A stretch of 64,000 nucleotides of DNA from Kiritimatiellia bacterium. Lineage in GTDB: Bacteria; Verrucomicrobiota; Kiritimatiellia; RFP12; DVOR01. Both the position numbers and the translations under genes were made by a program. The stretch is taken from the NCBI GenBank assembly GCA_031553315.1, contig JAVBLT010000020.1, positions 20,856 to 84,855 on the forward strand, read 5' to 3'. The notes beneath the pieces are model-generated. The model saw only the letters and a program-made list of their open reading frames with translations, was not told the DNA's origin and searched no databases. Within the stretch, counting starts at the first letter, position 1, and every line of letters starts with the position of its first letter. Shown here one piece after another: positions 9,876 to 19,419 of the stretch.

Positions 9876-10496
9876 TTAGGGATACTTTTGGTAGACGAGC
9901 AGGGGGGAGGTCGCCGGAAAGGAGAGGCTGAAGGAAAAACCGGTTGCTTCGTTGAGCGTGGCGCGCCACCAGCGGGGCAGGGTGAGCGCGCGCAGCGGAT
10001 AGCGGAGCCCTTCCGAGGTAATGGGCTGGGTCGGGTCGAAGCTGAAAATGGAAACAGCCTGCCCCGGGGTCGAGGGGAGCGAACCGGCGGCGGCGAGGGC
10101 CCGGAAGGCGCCGGTATCCGTCATGAGGGCGACGCGGGCCTCGCGGGCGTAGTCGGCGAGGAGGGAGAGGTTGCCCAGCGTGTGGTCTTCGCGCTTGCCG
10201 GTGGCTCCGAGAATGGCGATTTCGGCGGCGGGATCCAGGCGGCGGGCGAAGCGGAAGGCCTTGGTCAGGTCGTTGGTTTCCTGGTCGGGGTCGTGGTGGA
10301 TGCGCCCCGCGCAGGCCTGGCGCGCGGCAGGGGGGAGGGAATCGAGATCGCCGGCCACGGCATCGGGCGGGCGGCCGGTCTTTTCGAGGAAAACCGCCGC
10401 CGCGCCGTCGCAGCAAATCACGGCGCCGGCCTCGCGCAGCAGGCGCAGCGGTTCGGGGTGCGTGGGAAAATCGCCGTTGGCGAGAATAACAAGCAT
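9876..10496 (-). CDS. thiN: Thiamine diphosphokinase
   Basis: ILANG, CCDGA, GDLDS, DQETNDLTKA and GATGKREDHTLGN motifs. Confidence 0.9.
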   Translation of the reverse strand: MLVILANGDFPTHPEPLRLLREAGAVICCDGAAAVFLEKTGRPPDAVAGDLDSLPPAARQACAGRIHHDPDQETNDLTKAFRFARRLDPAAEIAILGATGKREDHTLGNLSLLADYAREARVALMTDTGAFRALAAAGSLPSTPGQAVSIFSFDPTQPITSEGLRYPLRALTLPRWWRATLNEATGFSFSLSFPATSPLLVYQKYP

Positions 10497-10522
10497 AGAC
10501 AAGAACCTTTCGGATGGGGTAT

Positions 10523-10550
10523 AGTGTAGAGCGTAGATTGGATTTGTCAA
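10523..10550 (-). promoter_or_regulatory. Putative sigma70 promoter of the thiN/deoC operon
   Basis: Minus strand TTGACA-16 nt-TACACT. Confidence 0.45.
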
Positions 10551-10655
10551 AGCGATTCGCGTTGTGTTGTCTGCCGGATGATTGTTTTTTTGGCTGAATG
10601 AAGTTGCGCAGAGCGCAATTTTGTGTTTTCATATGCATACGAAAAGGAGTACCCC

Positions 10656-11882
10656 ATGAATTCTTCGCGCCGCACGTTCTTGAAAACCGCCGCCACCGGC
10701 GTTGCCGCTTTCGCGGCCGCACCCGCCGCGACCGCCGCGGAGGCTCTTCCCGCCGCCGCCGCGCCCGTTCAGACTCCCCGCGACTATTGGGCCGGCATGG
10801 CCGTGAAAATCGCCAGACCCGTGCTCGAAAACCTTGCCGCGCGAACGCTCAGGAAAAATATGCCCATCGAGGCGCACAATCCCAAATACCGCGAACCCTT
10901 CACCCACCTCGAAGCCTTCGGCCGCCTTTTCAGCGGCATTGCGCCCTGGCTGGAGTGCGACAAACCCGAACCGTGGCTGAGGCTCGCCCGGGAATGCGTC
11001 GACGCCGGCACCGACCCCCAGTCGCCCGATTTCTTCAACTTCACCGGCAAGCCCTACAACCAGCCCCTCGTCGACGCCTCCTACCTGGCGATGGCCTTCC
11101 TCCGCGCCCCCGAAACCCTTTGGGAACCGCTCGATTCGCGCGTGAAGGACAACGTGATCGCCGCCATGACCGCCACCCGCAAGATCCGCCCCAACCAGAG
11201 CAACTGGCTTCTCTTCGCCTCCACCATCGAAGCGTTTATGAAGATGGCCGGCCAGGAGGTCTTCCGCCCCCGCGTCGGCGAAGCCATTGTCAAATTCGAC
11301 CAGTGGTACAAGGGCGACGGCGTCTACGGCGACGGCCTCCACTTCCGCTGGGATTATTACAACGGCTATGTCATTCAGCCCATGCTCGTGGAAACCGCCC
11401 TGCACTTCGGCGACGACCCCGAATGGAAAGAGATGTTCAAAGACGTGATGAAGCGCGCCACCCGCTATGCCGGCGTGCTCGAGCGCCTCATCTCGCCCGA
11501 AGGCGCCTATCCTCCCCTTGGCCGTTCGCTCACCTACCGCTTCGGCGCCTTCCAGCCGCTCGCCCAGATGGCGCTGCTGAAGAAGCTGCCCGGCGGCGTG
11601 TCGCCCGCACAGGTGCGCTGCGCCATGACGGCCGTCATCCGCCGCCAGATGGAAGCCCCCGGCACCTTCGATGCCGCCGGCTGGCTTCAGCTCGGCTTCT
11701 GCGGCCACCAGCCCAGGCTCGCCGATATTTACGTTTCGACCGGCAGCCTCTACATCTGCTCCAACGGCCTGCTGCCGCTCGGCCTGCCCGCCTCCGATCC
11801 CTTCTGGAGCGACCCCGACGCTCCCTGGACCTCCGTCAAAGCCTGGAGCGGCGTCGACATTCCCGGCGACCATTCCATCTAA
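10656..11882 (+). CDS. DUF2264 family protein (GH154-like), Tat signal; paralog 1
   Basis: SRRTFLK Tat motif; HLEAFGR, QPLVDA, NWLLF, WYKGDGVYGDG, DYYN and GRSLTYR motifs. Confidence 0.85.
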   Translation: MNSSRRTFLKTAATGVAAFAAAPAATAAEALPAAAAPVQTPRDYWAGMAVKIARPVLENLAARTLRKNMPIEAHNPKYREPFTHLEAFGRLFSGIAPWLECDKPEPWLRLARECVDAGTDPQSPDFFNFTGKPYNQPLVDASYLAMAFLRAPETLWEPLDSRVKDNVIAAMTATRKIRPNQSNWLLFASTIEAFMKMAGQEVFRPRVGEAIVKFDQWYKGDGVYGDGLHFRWDYYNGYVIQPMLVETALHFGDDPEWKEMFKDVMKRATRYAGVLERLISPEGAYPPLGRSLTYRFGAFQPLAQMALLKKLPGGVSPAQVRCAMTAVIRRQMEAPGTFDAAGWLQLGFCGHQPRLADIYVSTGSLYICSNGLLPLGLPASDPFWSDPDAPWTSVKAWSGVDIPGDHSI

Positions 11883-11904
11883 CTAACCCTCAGCAAGGAA
11901 AATC

Positions 11905-13131
11905 ATGAACCGCCGTTCCTTCTTCAAAACCGCCGCCACCGGCCTCGCCGCACTGGCCGCCGCCCCCGCCCTCGCCCAAACCCAGGCTCCCGCCCTGCCC
12001 GCCCCCGTCCGGGGCGGGCCCGCCGCGCGCGCCTACTGGATTGCCCTCGCCGAGAAGATCTCCAGGCCCGTGCTGGAAAACCTCGCCGCGCGCACCCTCA
12101 AAAAGAACATGCCCGTGGAGGCCTTCAAACCCGAATGGCGCATTCCCTTCTCGCACCTCGAAGCGTTCGGGCGCCTGCTCAGCGGCATCGCGCCCTGGTT
12201 CGAGACCGACAAACCCCAGCCGTGGATCGACCTCGCCCTGCAAGGGATCGACGCGGGCACCGACCCGGCCTCGCCCGACTATTTCAACTTCACCGGCAAG
12301 CCCAACAAGCAGCCTCTTGTCGACGCCGCCTATCTGGCGATGGCCTTCCTCCGCGCGCCCAAGACCCTTTGGGAACCGCTTGACAGGCGCGTGAAGGACA
12401 ACGTGATCACCGCCCTCAAAACGACCCGCGTGCTCCCCCCCAACCAGAGCAACTGGCTCCTCTTCGCTTCGACCATCGAAGTGTTCATGCACACCATCGG
12501 GGAACCCGTGGTCAAACCCCGCCTCGAAGAAGCCCTCCGCAAGCACAACGAATGGTACAAAGGCGACGGCGTGTATGGCGACGGCAAGGACTTTCACTGG
12601 GATTACTACAACGGCTACGTCATCCACCCCATGCTCGTGGAAACCGCCCTCGTCTTAGGCGGCGACCCCGAATGGAAAGACCTGCTCAAAGACGTGATCA
12701 AGCGCGCCACCCGCTACGCCGGCGTGCTCGAGCGCCTCATCTCGCCCGAAGGCGCCTATCCCATTCTCGGCCGTTCCAGCGCCTACCGTTTCGGCGCCTT
12801 CCAGCCGCTTTCGCAAATGGCGCTCCTTAAAAAGCTGCCCAAAGGCGTTTCCCCCGCCCAGGTGCGCTGCGCCATGACGGCCCTCATCCGCCGCCAGATG
12901 GAAGCCCCCGGCACCTTCGACGCCGCCGGCTGGCTTCAGCTCGGCTTCTGCGGGCATCAGCCCAAAGTGGCCGACGGCTACGTCTCCACCGGCAGCCTCT
13001 ACATCTGCGCCAACGGCCTCCTCGCCCTCGGCCTGCCCGCCTCGGATCCCTTCTGGTCGGAGCCCGACGCCCCCTGGACCTCCGCCAAAGCCTGGAGCGG
13101 CGCCGACATCCCCGGAGACCACGCGATATGA
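11905..13131 (+). CDS. DUF2264 family protein (GH154-like), Tat signal; paralog 2
   Basis: NRRSFFK Tat motif; same motifs as, and near-identical to, the upstream copy. Confidence 0.85.
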   Translation: MNRRSFFKTAATGLAALAAAPALAQTQAPALPAPVRGGPAARAYWIALAEKISRPVLENLAARTLKKNMPVEAFKPEWRIPFSHLEAFGRLLSGIAPWFETDKPQPWIDLALQGIDAGTDPASPDYFNFTGKPNKQPLVDAAYLAMAFLRAPKTLWEPLDRRVKDNVITALKTTRVLPPNQSNWLLFASTIEVFMHTIGEPVVKPRLEEALRKHNEWYKGDGVYGDGKDFHWDYYNGYVIHPMLVETALVLGGDPEWKDLLKDVIKRATRYAGVLERLISPEGAYPILGRSSAYRFGAFQPLSQMALLKKLPKGVSPAQVRCAMTALIRRQMEAPGTFDAAGWLQLGFCGHQPKVADGYVSTGSLYICANGLLALGLPASDPFWSEPDAPWTSAKAWSGADIPGDHAI

Positions 13132-13823
13132 GGAAACATCTCTTTTTCGCGGCTCTTTGCGCGGCCGGGAGCCTCTTCGCGCAAACCTTCAAGGCCGGAT
13201 CCTCAATCGTCTTTCAGGGCGATTCAATCACCGACGGCGGGCGCGGCCGCAATCAGGCCGACCTCAACCATGTGTTCGGCCACGGCTACATGTATCTCAT
13301 CGCCTCCCAGGCGCTCGCCGAAAACCCCGCCCTCAATCTGCGCTTCTTCAACCGCGGCATCGGCGGAAACAGGCTTGCCGATCTTGAGAAACGCTGGCAG
13401 GCCGATGTGCTCGACCTCGAGCCCGATGCGCTCAGCATCCTCGTGGGCGTGAACGATCGAAACCCGCGCGTCGACCTGTTTGAAAAAACCTACGACGCCC
13501 TCCTCGAAACCACCCTCAAAGCCCGCCCCGGCATCAAAATCATCCTGGGCGAACCCTTCCTTCTCTCAACCGGCAAGTACACGGGCGAAGAGTGGAACAC
13601 CCGCCGCCGCGCGGTCGACGACCGCCGCGCCGTGATTGAAAAGCTCGCCGCAAAGCACAAGCTCCCCCTGGTGCGCTATCAGGCCATGTTCGACGCCGCC
13701 TGCGCCCGCGCCCCCGCCGTCTACTGGATCTGGGACGACGTCCACCCCACCGCCGCCGGCCATTGGCTCATGGCCGCCGAATGGAAACGCGCCTGGCAGG
13801 CCGCTTACGGCGAAGAAAAATAA
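13128..13823 (+). CDS. SGNH/GDSL hydrolase, secreted
   Basis: GDSITD, NRGIGGN, GVND and DDVHP blocks; signal peptide. Confidence 0.9.
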   Translation: MRKHLFFAALCAAGSLFAQTFKAGSSIVFQGDSITDGGRGRNQADLNHVFGHGYMYLIASQALAENPALNLRFFNRGIGGNRLADLEKRWQADVLDLEPDALSILVGVNDRNPRVDLFEKTYDALLETTLKARPGIKIILGEPFLLSTGKYTGEEWNTRRRAVDDRRAVIEKLAAKHKLPLVRYQAMFDAACARAPAVYWIWDDVHPTAAGHWLMAAEWKRAWQAAYGEEK

Positions 13824-13839
13824 CACCGAGAAACGCGGC

Positions 13840-13868
13840 TTGACTTTCCCGCCAAACGCGGTTACACT
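13840..13868 (+). promoter_or_regulatory. Putative sigma70 promoter of the rpmH operon
   Basis: TTGACT-17 nt-TACACT upstream of the rpmH RBS. Confidence 0.65.
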
Positions 13869-13905
13869 TCCGCCTTTCATTTTACGAGAAAGAGGATCAT
13901 AAACT

Positions 13906-14043
13906 ATGAAGATGACCTGGCAACCTTCGAAGATCAAGCGCAAACGCAAGATCGGTTTCCGTGCCCGTATGTCGACCAAAGGCGGTCGCGCCCTGTTGAA
14001 CGCCCGTCGCCGCAAGGGTCGCAAGAACCTGGTGCACGTATAA
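13906..14043 (+). CDS. rpmH: 50S ribosomal protein L34 (absent from the ORF track)
   Basis: Translates to [45 protein letters not shown]; first gene of rpmH-rnpA-yidD-yidC. Confidence 0.97.
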   Translation: MKMTWQPSKIKRKRKIGFRARMSTKGGRALLNARRRKGRKNLVHV

Positions 14044-14061
14044 GCCGACCGGAAGGGTGTG

Positions 14062-14478
14062 ATGACGGAACAACCGGCATCCCCGGCTGCCGCCCGGCGA
14101 AAAGAAGGCGCTGAACAGGCGCCTCCTTTGCTTTTCAGGCCCTACCGCCTGCCGTCTCCGGTTTACAAAGCCGTGCTTTCGGGCGGAAAATCCCTGCCGG
14201 GGCGGATGGTCGTCCTTTGGGTGCTGCCCTCCGGCGCGGATCGCCCGCGAATGGGCGTGGTGGTATCGAAGCGCACGCTGCGCGAGTCGGTTGACCGCGC
14301 GCGTGCGCGCCGTCTTTTACGGGAATCCTTTCGCCTGCTTCGGCCCGGCCTTGCGCCGGGGGCCGATGTGATTTTGATGGCGCGCTTCAGAATCGCCGGC
14401 GCGGCTTGCGCCGATGTGATGAAAGACGTGGAAAAACTCTGCCGCAAGGCCGGCATCTGGCGAGGGTGCGGTGCGTGA
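14062..14478 (+). CDS. rnpA: Ribonuclease P protein component
   Basis: [24 protein letters not shown] motif and synteny. Confidence 0.88.
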   Translation: MTEQPASPAAARRKEGAEQAPPLLFRPYRLPSPVYKAVLSGGKSLPGRMVVLWVLPSGADRPRMGVVVSKRTLRESVDRARARRLLRESFRLLRPGLAPGADVILMARFRIAGAACADVMKDVEKLCRKAGIWRGCGA

Positions 14479-14773
14479 GTTTTTTTCGCGCGCGGGGCGC
14501 ATGGGCGCGTTCGCCTGCGTGTGCCTCGTGCGGATTTACCAGGCCACGTTTTCGGTGTGGCGGGGAGCGCCGTGCTGCCGTTTTTCCCCGTCGTGCTCGG
14601 CCTACATGATCGAGGCGCTTGAGAAGCACGGATTGATTAAAGGGCTTTATCTGGGCTGCCGCCGGATTCTCCGGTGCCATCCCTTCGGGGCATACGGATA
14701 CGATCCGGTGCCGGAACCGTCACGAAAGGCTTCGGAAGAAGCCGGAACACATTGGAAAAACGGAAACGAATGA
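14471..14773 (+). CDS. yidD: Membrane protein insertion efficiency factor YidD
   Basis: [10 protein letters not shown] and [14 protein letters not shown] motifs; synteny. Confidence 0.92.
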   Translation: MREFFSRAGRMGAFACVCLVRIYQATFSVWRGAPCCRFSPSCSAYMIEALEKHGLIKGLYLGCRRILRCHPFGAYGYDPVPEPSRKASEEAGTHWKNGNE

Positions 14774-16437
14774 ACAAACAGGAAAAAATCTTTGCGGCTC
14801 TGATCGCTTTGGCGATGGCGGGGTACATCGCGTGGACCAGCTACATGGCGCCCCCGCCTCCGCCGCCGGCGCAGCCTAAACCGCCCGCCCCGGCGGTCGC
14901 CGCCCCCGCCGCCCCCGCCTCCGCCGAAGCGCCGATTCTTCAGGCCGCCACCCGGTCGACGGAGGAAACCGCCACGCTGAAAAGCGACGAGCTCCTCCTC
15001 ACCGTTTCCTCGCGCGGCGGAGCGATCAAGAAGGCCGTGCTGCTCGATTACCGCGAGAAACCCGCGAAAGACAGCGACCCCGTGGCGTTTGATTTCGCAA
15101 CCGCTCCCGCGCTCGCGCTGACGGTGCCCGGCATGATCGCCGCCGATGCGGATTACGCATTGAAGCGGATCGACGACAAGACCGTGGAGCTGACCGCTGA
15201 AACGGCCGGCCGCCTGCGCGTCACCCGCACCATCCGCCTCGAAAAGGATTACCGCGTGGCGGTGAAAGATGCGGTCGCCAACCTCTCCGGCGCCGATTTG
15301 CCCGTCAACGCCTCCACCCTCTCGGCGGGCGCCCTCGCCCTGGGGCTTGAAGCGGGCGACGCCATCGCCGCCGATACCTTCGCCGTGGCCGACAAAGGCC
15401 CCGCCTACTGGGGCGGCAAGCTCAACGATTTCTTCGGCGCGAAATCATCGGGCTGGATGGGTTGCGGCGGCGCGCCCTCCGCGACCGGGCTCGCGCTCCA
15501 GGCCGCGCGCGACGTGCCCGGCGCCCAGCGCTGGCTGGCCGTGAAGAACCGTTTCTTCGCGCAGGTGCTCATCCCCAATGAAGCCGACGGTTCCGGCGCC
15601 CGCCTCACCGTTTACCGCGACCCGAAAAACCCCAGGCTCGCCGTCAACCGCATTTCCGGCGAAATGCTCTTCCCCGCCGCCGTCGTTCCCGCCAACGGCA
15701 CGCTTGAGCGCGGCGCCACGCTCTACATCGGCCCCAAGAAGCTTTCCACCCTCAAGAGCCTCGGCGTGGAAGATGTGATGGAGTTTGGCTTCTTCTCCTG
15801 GTTCTGCAAGCTCCTCCTGCCCACGCTCAACTTCTTCTACGGCCTGATTCCCAACTACGGCATCGCCATCATCCTGCTCACCTTCCTCGTGCGCACGCTC
15901 TTCTGGCCGCTCACCCACAAGAGCACGGTGAGCATGAAGAAGATGCAGACCGTGCAGCCGCTGATCAAGGAAATTCAGGCGAAGTACAAGGACAATCCCA
16001 AAAAGCTCCAGCAGGAGACCTGGGCCGTTTACCGCGAACACAAAGTGAACCCGCTTTCGAGCTGCCTGCCGATGCTGCTGCAGATTCCCGTGTTCATCGC
16101 CCTCTTCACGGTGCTGCGCAGCGCGGTCGAATTGCGCTACGCCCCCTTTCTGTGGATTTCCGACCTCAGCCAGCCCGAAAACCTCCTGGTCGGCATCGTT
16201 CCTCTGGGGCTCAACATCTGGCCCATTCTGATGGCCGTGACGATGGGCATCCAAAGCTGGCTCCAGCCCGGCGCCGGCGATCCCGCCCAGAAGAAGATGA
16301 TGACCTGGATGATGCCCATCATGATGCTCGTGATGTTCTACTCCATGCCCTCCGCGCTCTGCCTGTACTGGACGATCAGCCAGGTGCTCTCCATCGCCCA
16401 GATGCTGTGGATTCAGCGCTCGGCCAAACAGGCGTAA
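14770..16437 (+). CDS. yidC: Membrane protein insertase YidC
   Basis: [31 protein letters not shown] and LYW motifs. Confidence 0.95.
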   Translation: MNKQEKIFAALIALAMAGYIAWTSYMAPPPPPPAQPKPPAPAVAAPAAPASAEAPILQAATRSTEETATLKSDELLLTVSSRGGAIKKAVLLDYREKPAKDSDPVAFDFATAPALALTVPGMIAADADYALKRIDDKTVELTAETAGRLRVTRTIRLEKDYRVAVKDAVANLSGADLPVNASTLSAGALALGLEAGDAIAADTFAVADKGPAYWGGKLNDFFGAKSSGWMGCGGAPSATGLALQAARDVPGAQRWLAVKNRFFAQVLIPNEADGSGARLTVYRDPKNPRLAVNRISGEMLFPAAVVPANGTLERGATLYIGPKKLSTLKSLGVEDVMEFGFFSWFCKLLLPTLNFFYGLIPNYGIAIILLTFLVRTLFWPLTHKSTVSMKKMQTVQPLIKEIQAKYKDNPKKLQQETWAVYREHKVNPLSSCLPMLLQIPVFIALFTVLRSAVELRYAPFLWISDLSQPENLLVGIVPLGLNIWPILMAVTMGIQSWLQPGAGDPAQKKMMTWMMPIMMLVMFYSMPSALCLYWTISQVLSIAQMLWIQRSAKQA

Positions 16438-16440
16438 CCC

Positions 16441-17058
16441 ATGAAGCGGGTCGTCATTCTCGGCGCAGGCGGTTTCGGCGGCGAAGCGGCATGGATCCTC
16501 AGCCGCATGCCCGGCGGCTACACCTGCGCCGGTTTCTGCGACGACGCCCCCGATTTCGCCTCCGGTTCCCGTTTCGGTCTCCCCCTCCTCGGCCCGCTTG
16601 AGGGCGTGAGGGAGGCCGCGCTCCTCTTTCACTGCGCGGTCGGCCGAAACGCCCTTCGCCGCGCCCTGACCGCCCGCGCCCTTGCGCACGGCTGGCAACC
16701 GCTTTCGCTGATTGATCCCTCGGCCCTCATTGCCCCCACCGCCACGATCGGTGCGGGGTGCTTCATCGGCCCCGGAGCGCTTGTCTCCGCCGGCGCCGCG
16801 CTGGGCGGCGGCGTGATCGTGAACCACCAGGCCACGGCCGGTCACGATTGCCGCATCGGCGATTTCGCCCAGCTGTGCCCCGGAGCCCGCGTCTCGGGCG
16901 GGTGCGCGCTGGGCGAGGAGGCGCTCATGGGCTCCAACGCCGTCGCCGTGCCGGGCATCGCCATCGGCCGCGGGGCGGTCGTCGCGGCGGGCGCCGCCGC
17001 CTTGAAAAACGTCGACCCCGGCGCCACGCTGATTCGCTTTTCACGACTCTCGGATTGA
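16441..17058 (+). CDS. NeuD/PglD-family sugar O-acyltransferase
   Basis: GAGGFG N-domain, hexapeptide repeats and GHD motif. Confidence 0.85.
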   Translation: MKRVVILGAGGFGGEAAWILSRMPGGYTCAGFCDDAPDFASGSRFGLPLLGPLEGVREAALLFHCAVGRNALRRALTARALAHGWQPLSLIDPSALIAPTATIGAGCFIGPGALVSAGAALGGGVIVNHQATAGHDCRIGDFAQLCPGARVSGGCALGEEALMGSNAVAVPGIAIGRGAVVAAGAAALKNVDPGATLIRFSRLSD

Positions 17059-17070
17059 GGGAGGTTCTGA

Positions 17071-18414
17071 ATGACTACCGTTTCCCGACGTGTTTTTCTC
17101 TCCACTGCCGGCTTTTGCCTGGCCGGAACCCTGCTCCACGGCTGCCGCTTCGGAAGGGTTGCGCGACCCCGCCCGCGCCCCGGCAAGCTCCGCGTGGCGG
17201 TCATCGGCCTAGGCGCCCAGGGCCGTTTCGACTGTCGCGAGCTGATGCGCTTCCCCGACCGGATCGAGCTCGCCGCGCTCTGCGATCCCGACCGGGTCGC
17301 GCTTTCCCGCACCGCCGATATTCTGCGGCCCCACGCGCCCGGCCTTCAGCTTTTCGCGGATTACCGCGCCCTTTTCAAAGCGTTGAACCCCGCGCCCGAT
17401 GCCGTCGTCATCGCCGCGCCCGACCACCACCACGCCTGCGCCGCCACCCTCGCGCTGGAGCGTGGAATCGCCGTGTACATGGAACCGCCGCTCGCGCGGA
17501 CGCCTGCCGAATGCCGGGCGCTGGAGCGCCTCGCCGCCGGGAAGGGCGCGCTGCTGATGCTCGGCGACCAGGGCGCCGCCGCCGACGGTTTCCGCCACGG
17601 CGTGCGCCTGCTTGAAGCGGGCGTGCTGGGCGAGGCGACCGAGGCGTGGGCGTGGACTGAGGCTCCGGCATGGCCGCAAAGCGTGCTCCGGCCCGCGGGC
17701 GAAGATCCGGTACCCGAATCACTCGATTGGGATGTGTGGCTCGGCGGCGCGCCGTGGCGGCCTTTCAAGCGCGGCGCCTATCACACCGGCGTGTGGCGCG
17801 GCTGGTACGATTTCGGAACCGGCGCGCTCGGCGCCGCCGGGATTCACCTGCTCAATCTGCCCTTCCGCGGGCTGGGCATACGCGCCGTCGACCGTGTGGA
17901 AGTCGCCGGCTTGCCCTTCGACACCCCTGAAAGCTATCCATCCGCGAGCCGGATCCGCTTCACCTGCCGCACCGCGTCGGGGTCACCCCTGGTGCTCAAC
18001 TGGCTCGAAGCCGGTCAGCAGCCCCCCGCTTCCGTGCTGGCCTGCGTGCAGGAAACCTTCGGCGCTGTGCCCGCTTCGGGGTGCATGATCGCCGGAAGCA
18101 AAGGCCGGCTCCTGGGCGCGCACGACCGCTGCGAATACGTTTACGCCGCGCTCGGCGCCGATACCCGCTTTCAACCCGTGGATCAGCACCCGCTTTGCGC
18201 GGCATACAGGCCTGAAGCGTTGGAACAGAACCGCCTCGGCGCGTTTTTGAGCGCCCTTTCCCTGGGGAGCGACCCCGCCGCCGAGCGCGCCCATGCCGCC
18301 GGGCTCACACAGCTCGCGCTGCTGGGCTGCTTCGCCCAGCGCACCCGCGCCACGCTCCGGAACCCCGCCGCCGCCATGGCCAAAGACCCGGCTCCCCGGA
18401 AAGGGTGGCGCTGA
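17071..18414 (+). CDS. Gfo/Idh/MocA family oxidoreductase, Tat signal, degenerate active-site motifs
   Basis: SRRVFL Tat motif; IGLGAQG, PDHHHA, LDWDVWLG and WRGWYDFGTGALG motifs. The family EKP motif reads EPP. Confidence 0.8.
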   Translation: MTTVSRRVFLSTAGFCLAGTLLHGCRFGRVARPRPRPGKLRVAVIGLGAQGRFDCRELMRFPDRIELAALCDPDRVALSRTADILRPHAPGLQLFADYRALFKALNPAPDAVVIAAPDHHHACAATLALERGIAVYMEPPLARTPAECRALERLAAGKGALLMLGDQGAAADGFRHGVRLLEAGVLGEATEAWAWTEAPAWPQSVLRPAGEDPVPESLDWDVWLGGAPWRPFKRGAYHTGVWRGWYDFGTGALGAAGIHLLNLPFRGLGIRAVDRVEVAGLPFDTPESYPSASRIRFTCRTASGSPLVLNWLEAGQQPPASVLACVQETFGAVPASGCMIAGSKGRLLGAHDRCEYVYAALGADTRFQPVDQHPLCAAYRPEALEQNRLGAFLSALSLGSDPAAERAHAAGLTQLALLGCFAQRTRATLRNPAAAMAKDPAPRKGWR

Positions 18415-18417
18415 GGC

Positions 18418-19326
18418 ATGATCTTTCTCGGGATTGCCGTGGGGCTGCTTTCCGCCGTGCTCCAGGCCTGGTCGTATGTGTGCAGCACCTGGTTTCTGCA
18501 AAAGAAACACACCCCTTTCCAGCTTCTGCTCTATTCCCAGGTGGTGATGGGCGCGGTCTCGCTGCCGCTGCTGCTGGCGATGCTGCCGGGCGTGCCCTTT
18601 CCGGTGATGAAACACGCGCTCTTCATCCTCGGCTTCTGGCTGACCGGGTATCTCGCCGGGCAGTTCGGGTTCTTTCAGGCGCAGAAGACGATCGAACCCA
18701 GCCGCATTTCCTCGCTGATGGGGTTGAAGATTCCTCTCCTTGCCGCTTTTGTGCTGCTTCAGGGAAAACACCTCGGCGGCGGGCAGTGGCTCGCCGTGGC
18801 GATTGTGACGGCTGCCGCGTTTTGCCTCAACTGGAGCGGCGGCGGGCGCATTTCACCGGTGGGGCTGCTCTGGCTCAGCCTCACGCTGACCGGCTATGCC
18901 GCGTGCGACATGATGGAGACCGGCGTGGTGCAGCTGCTGGCCGCGCAAGACGGCTGGTCGATGTTCCGCGCCGCCTTGACCGCCATTTTTTTCTTCTACA
19001 CCGCGCTTGGCCTCATTTGCGGCGCCGCGCTTGTGCGCAGAGGCCGCTTCGATTGGCCTGTCGCCCGTGATTCCCTGCCGTTTTGCGCATCGTGGTATGC
19101 CTCGCAATTGACGCTTTTCTTTTGTTTTGGCGCCTTGGGGGCTGTTTTCGGCAATGTGATACAAGCCAGCCGCGGCGTCTTCTCCGTTTTGATCGGTCTG
19201 GCGCTCATCGCGCTGGGGTGGCGTTATCCCGAGCCCAGGATCGGCCGTTTCGCCTGGATCCGCCGCGCCTTTGCCGCCGTGCTGATGGCGGCGGGCATCG
19301 CCCTCTACGCCCTGGCGCAGGGGTAG
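18418..19326 (+). CDS. EamA/DMT-like membrane transporter
   Basis: About 10 hydrophobic segments in 302 aa with two similar halves. Confidence 0.65.
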   Translation: MIFLGIAVGLLSAVLQAWSYVCSTWFLQKKHTPFQLLLYSQVVMGAVSLPLLLAMLPGVPFPVMKHALFILGFWLTGYLAGQFGFFQAQKTIEPSRISSLMGLKIPLLAAFVLLQGKHLGGGQWLAVAIVTAAAFCLNWSGGGRISPVGLLWLSLTLTGYAACDMMETGVVQLLAAQDGWSMFRAALTAIFFFYTALGLICGAALVRRGRFDWPVARDSLPFCASWYASQLTLFFCFGALGAVFGNVIQASRGVFSVLIGLALIALGWRYPEPRIGRFAWIRRAFAAVLMAAGIALYALAQG

Positions 19327-19419
19327 AGCGTGTTCACACGAGAGCACCTTTTCTTTACACCTGAAGGCTTTTGCGTTAAACTCCGCGCACATCTTTCACT
19401 TTTAGTTTTGGGAGCTGCC

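Noticed and set aside
10497-10655. Possible TPP riboswitch upstream of thiN
   Set aside because: No CTGAGA core or aptamer layout on either strand; the region looks like a divergent promoter.
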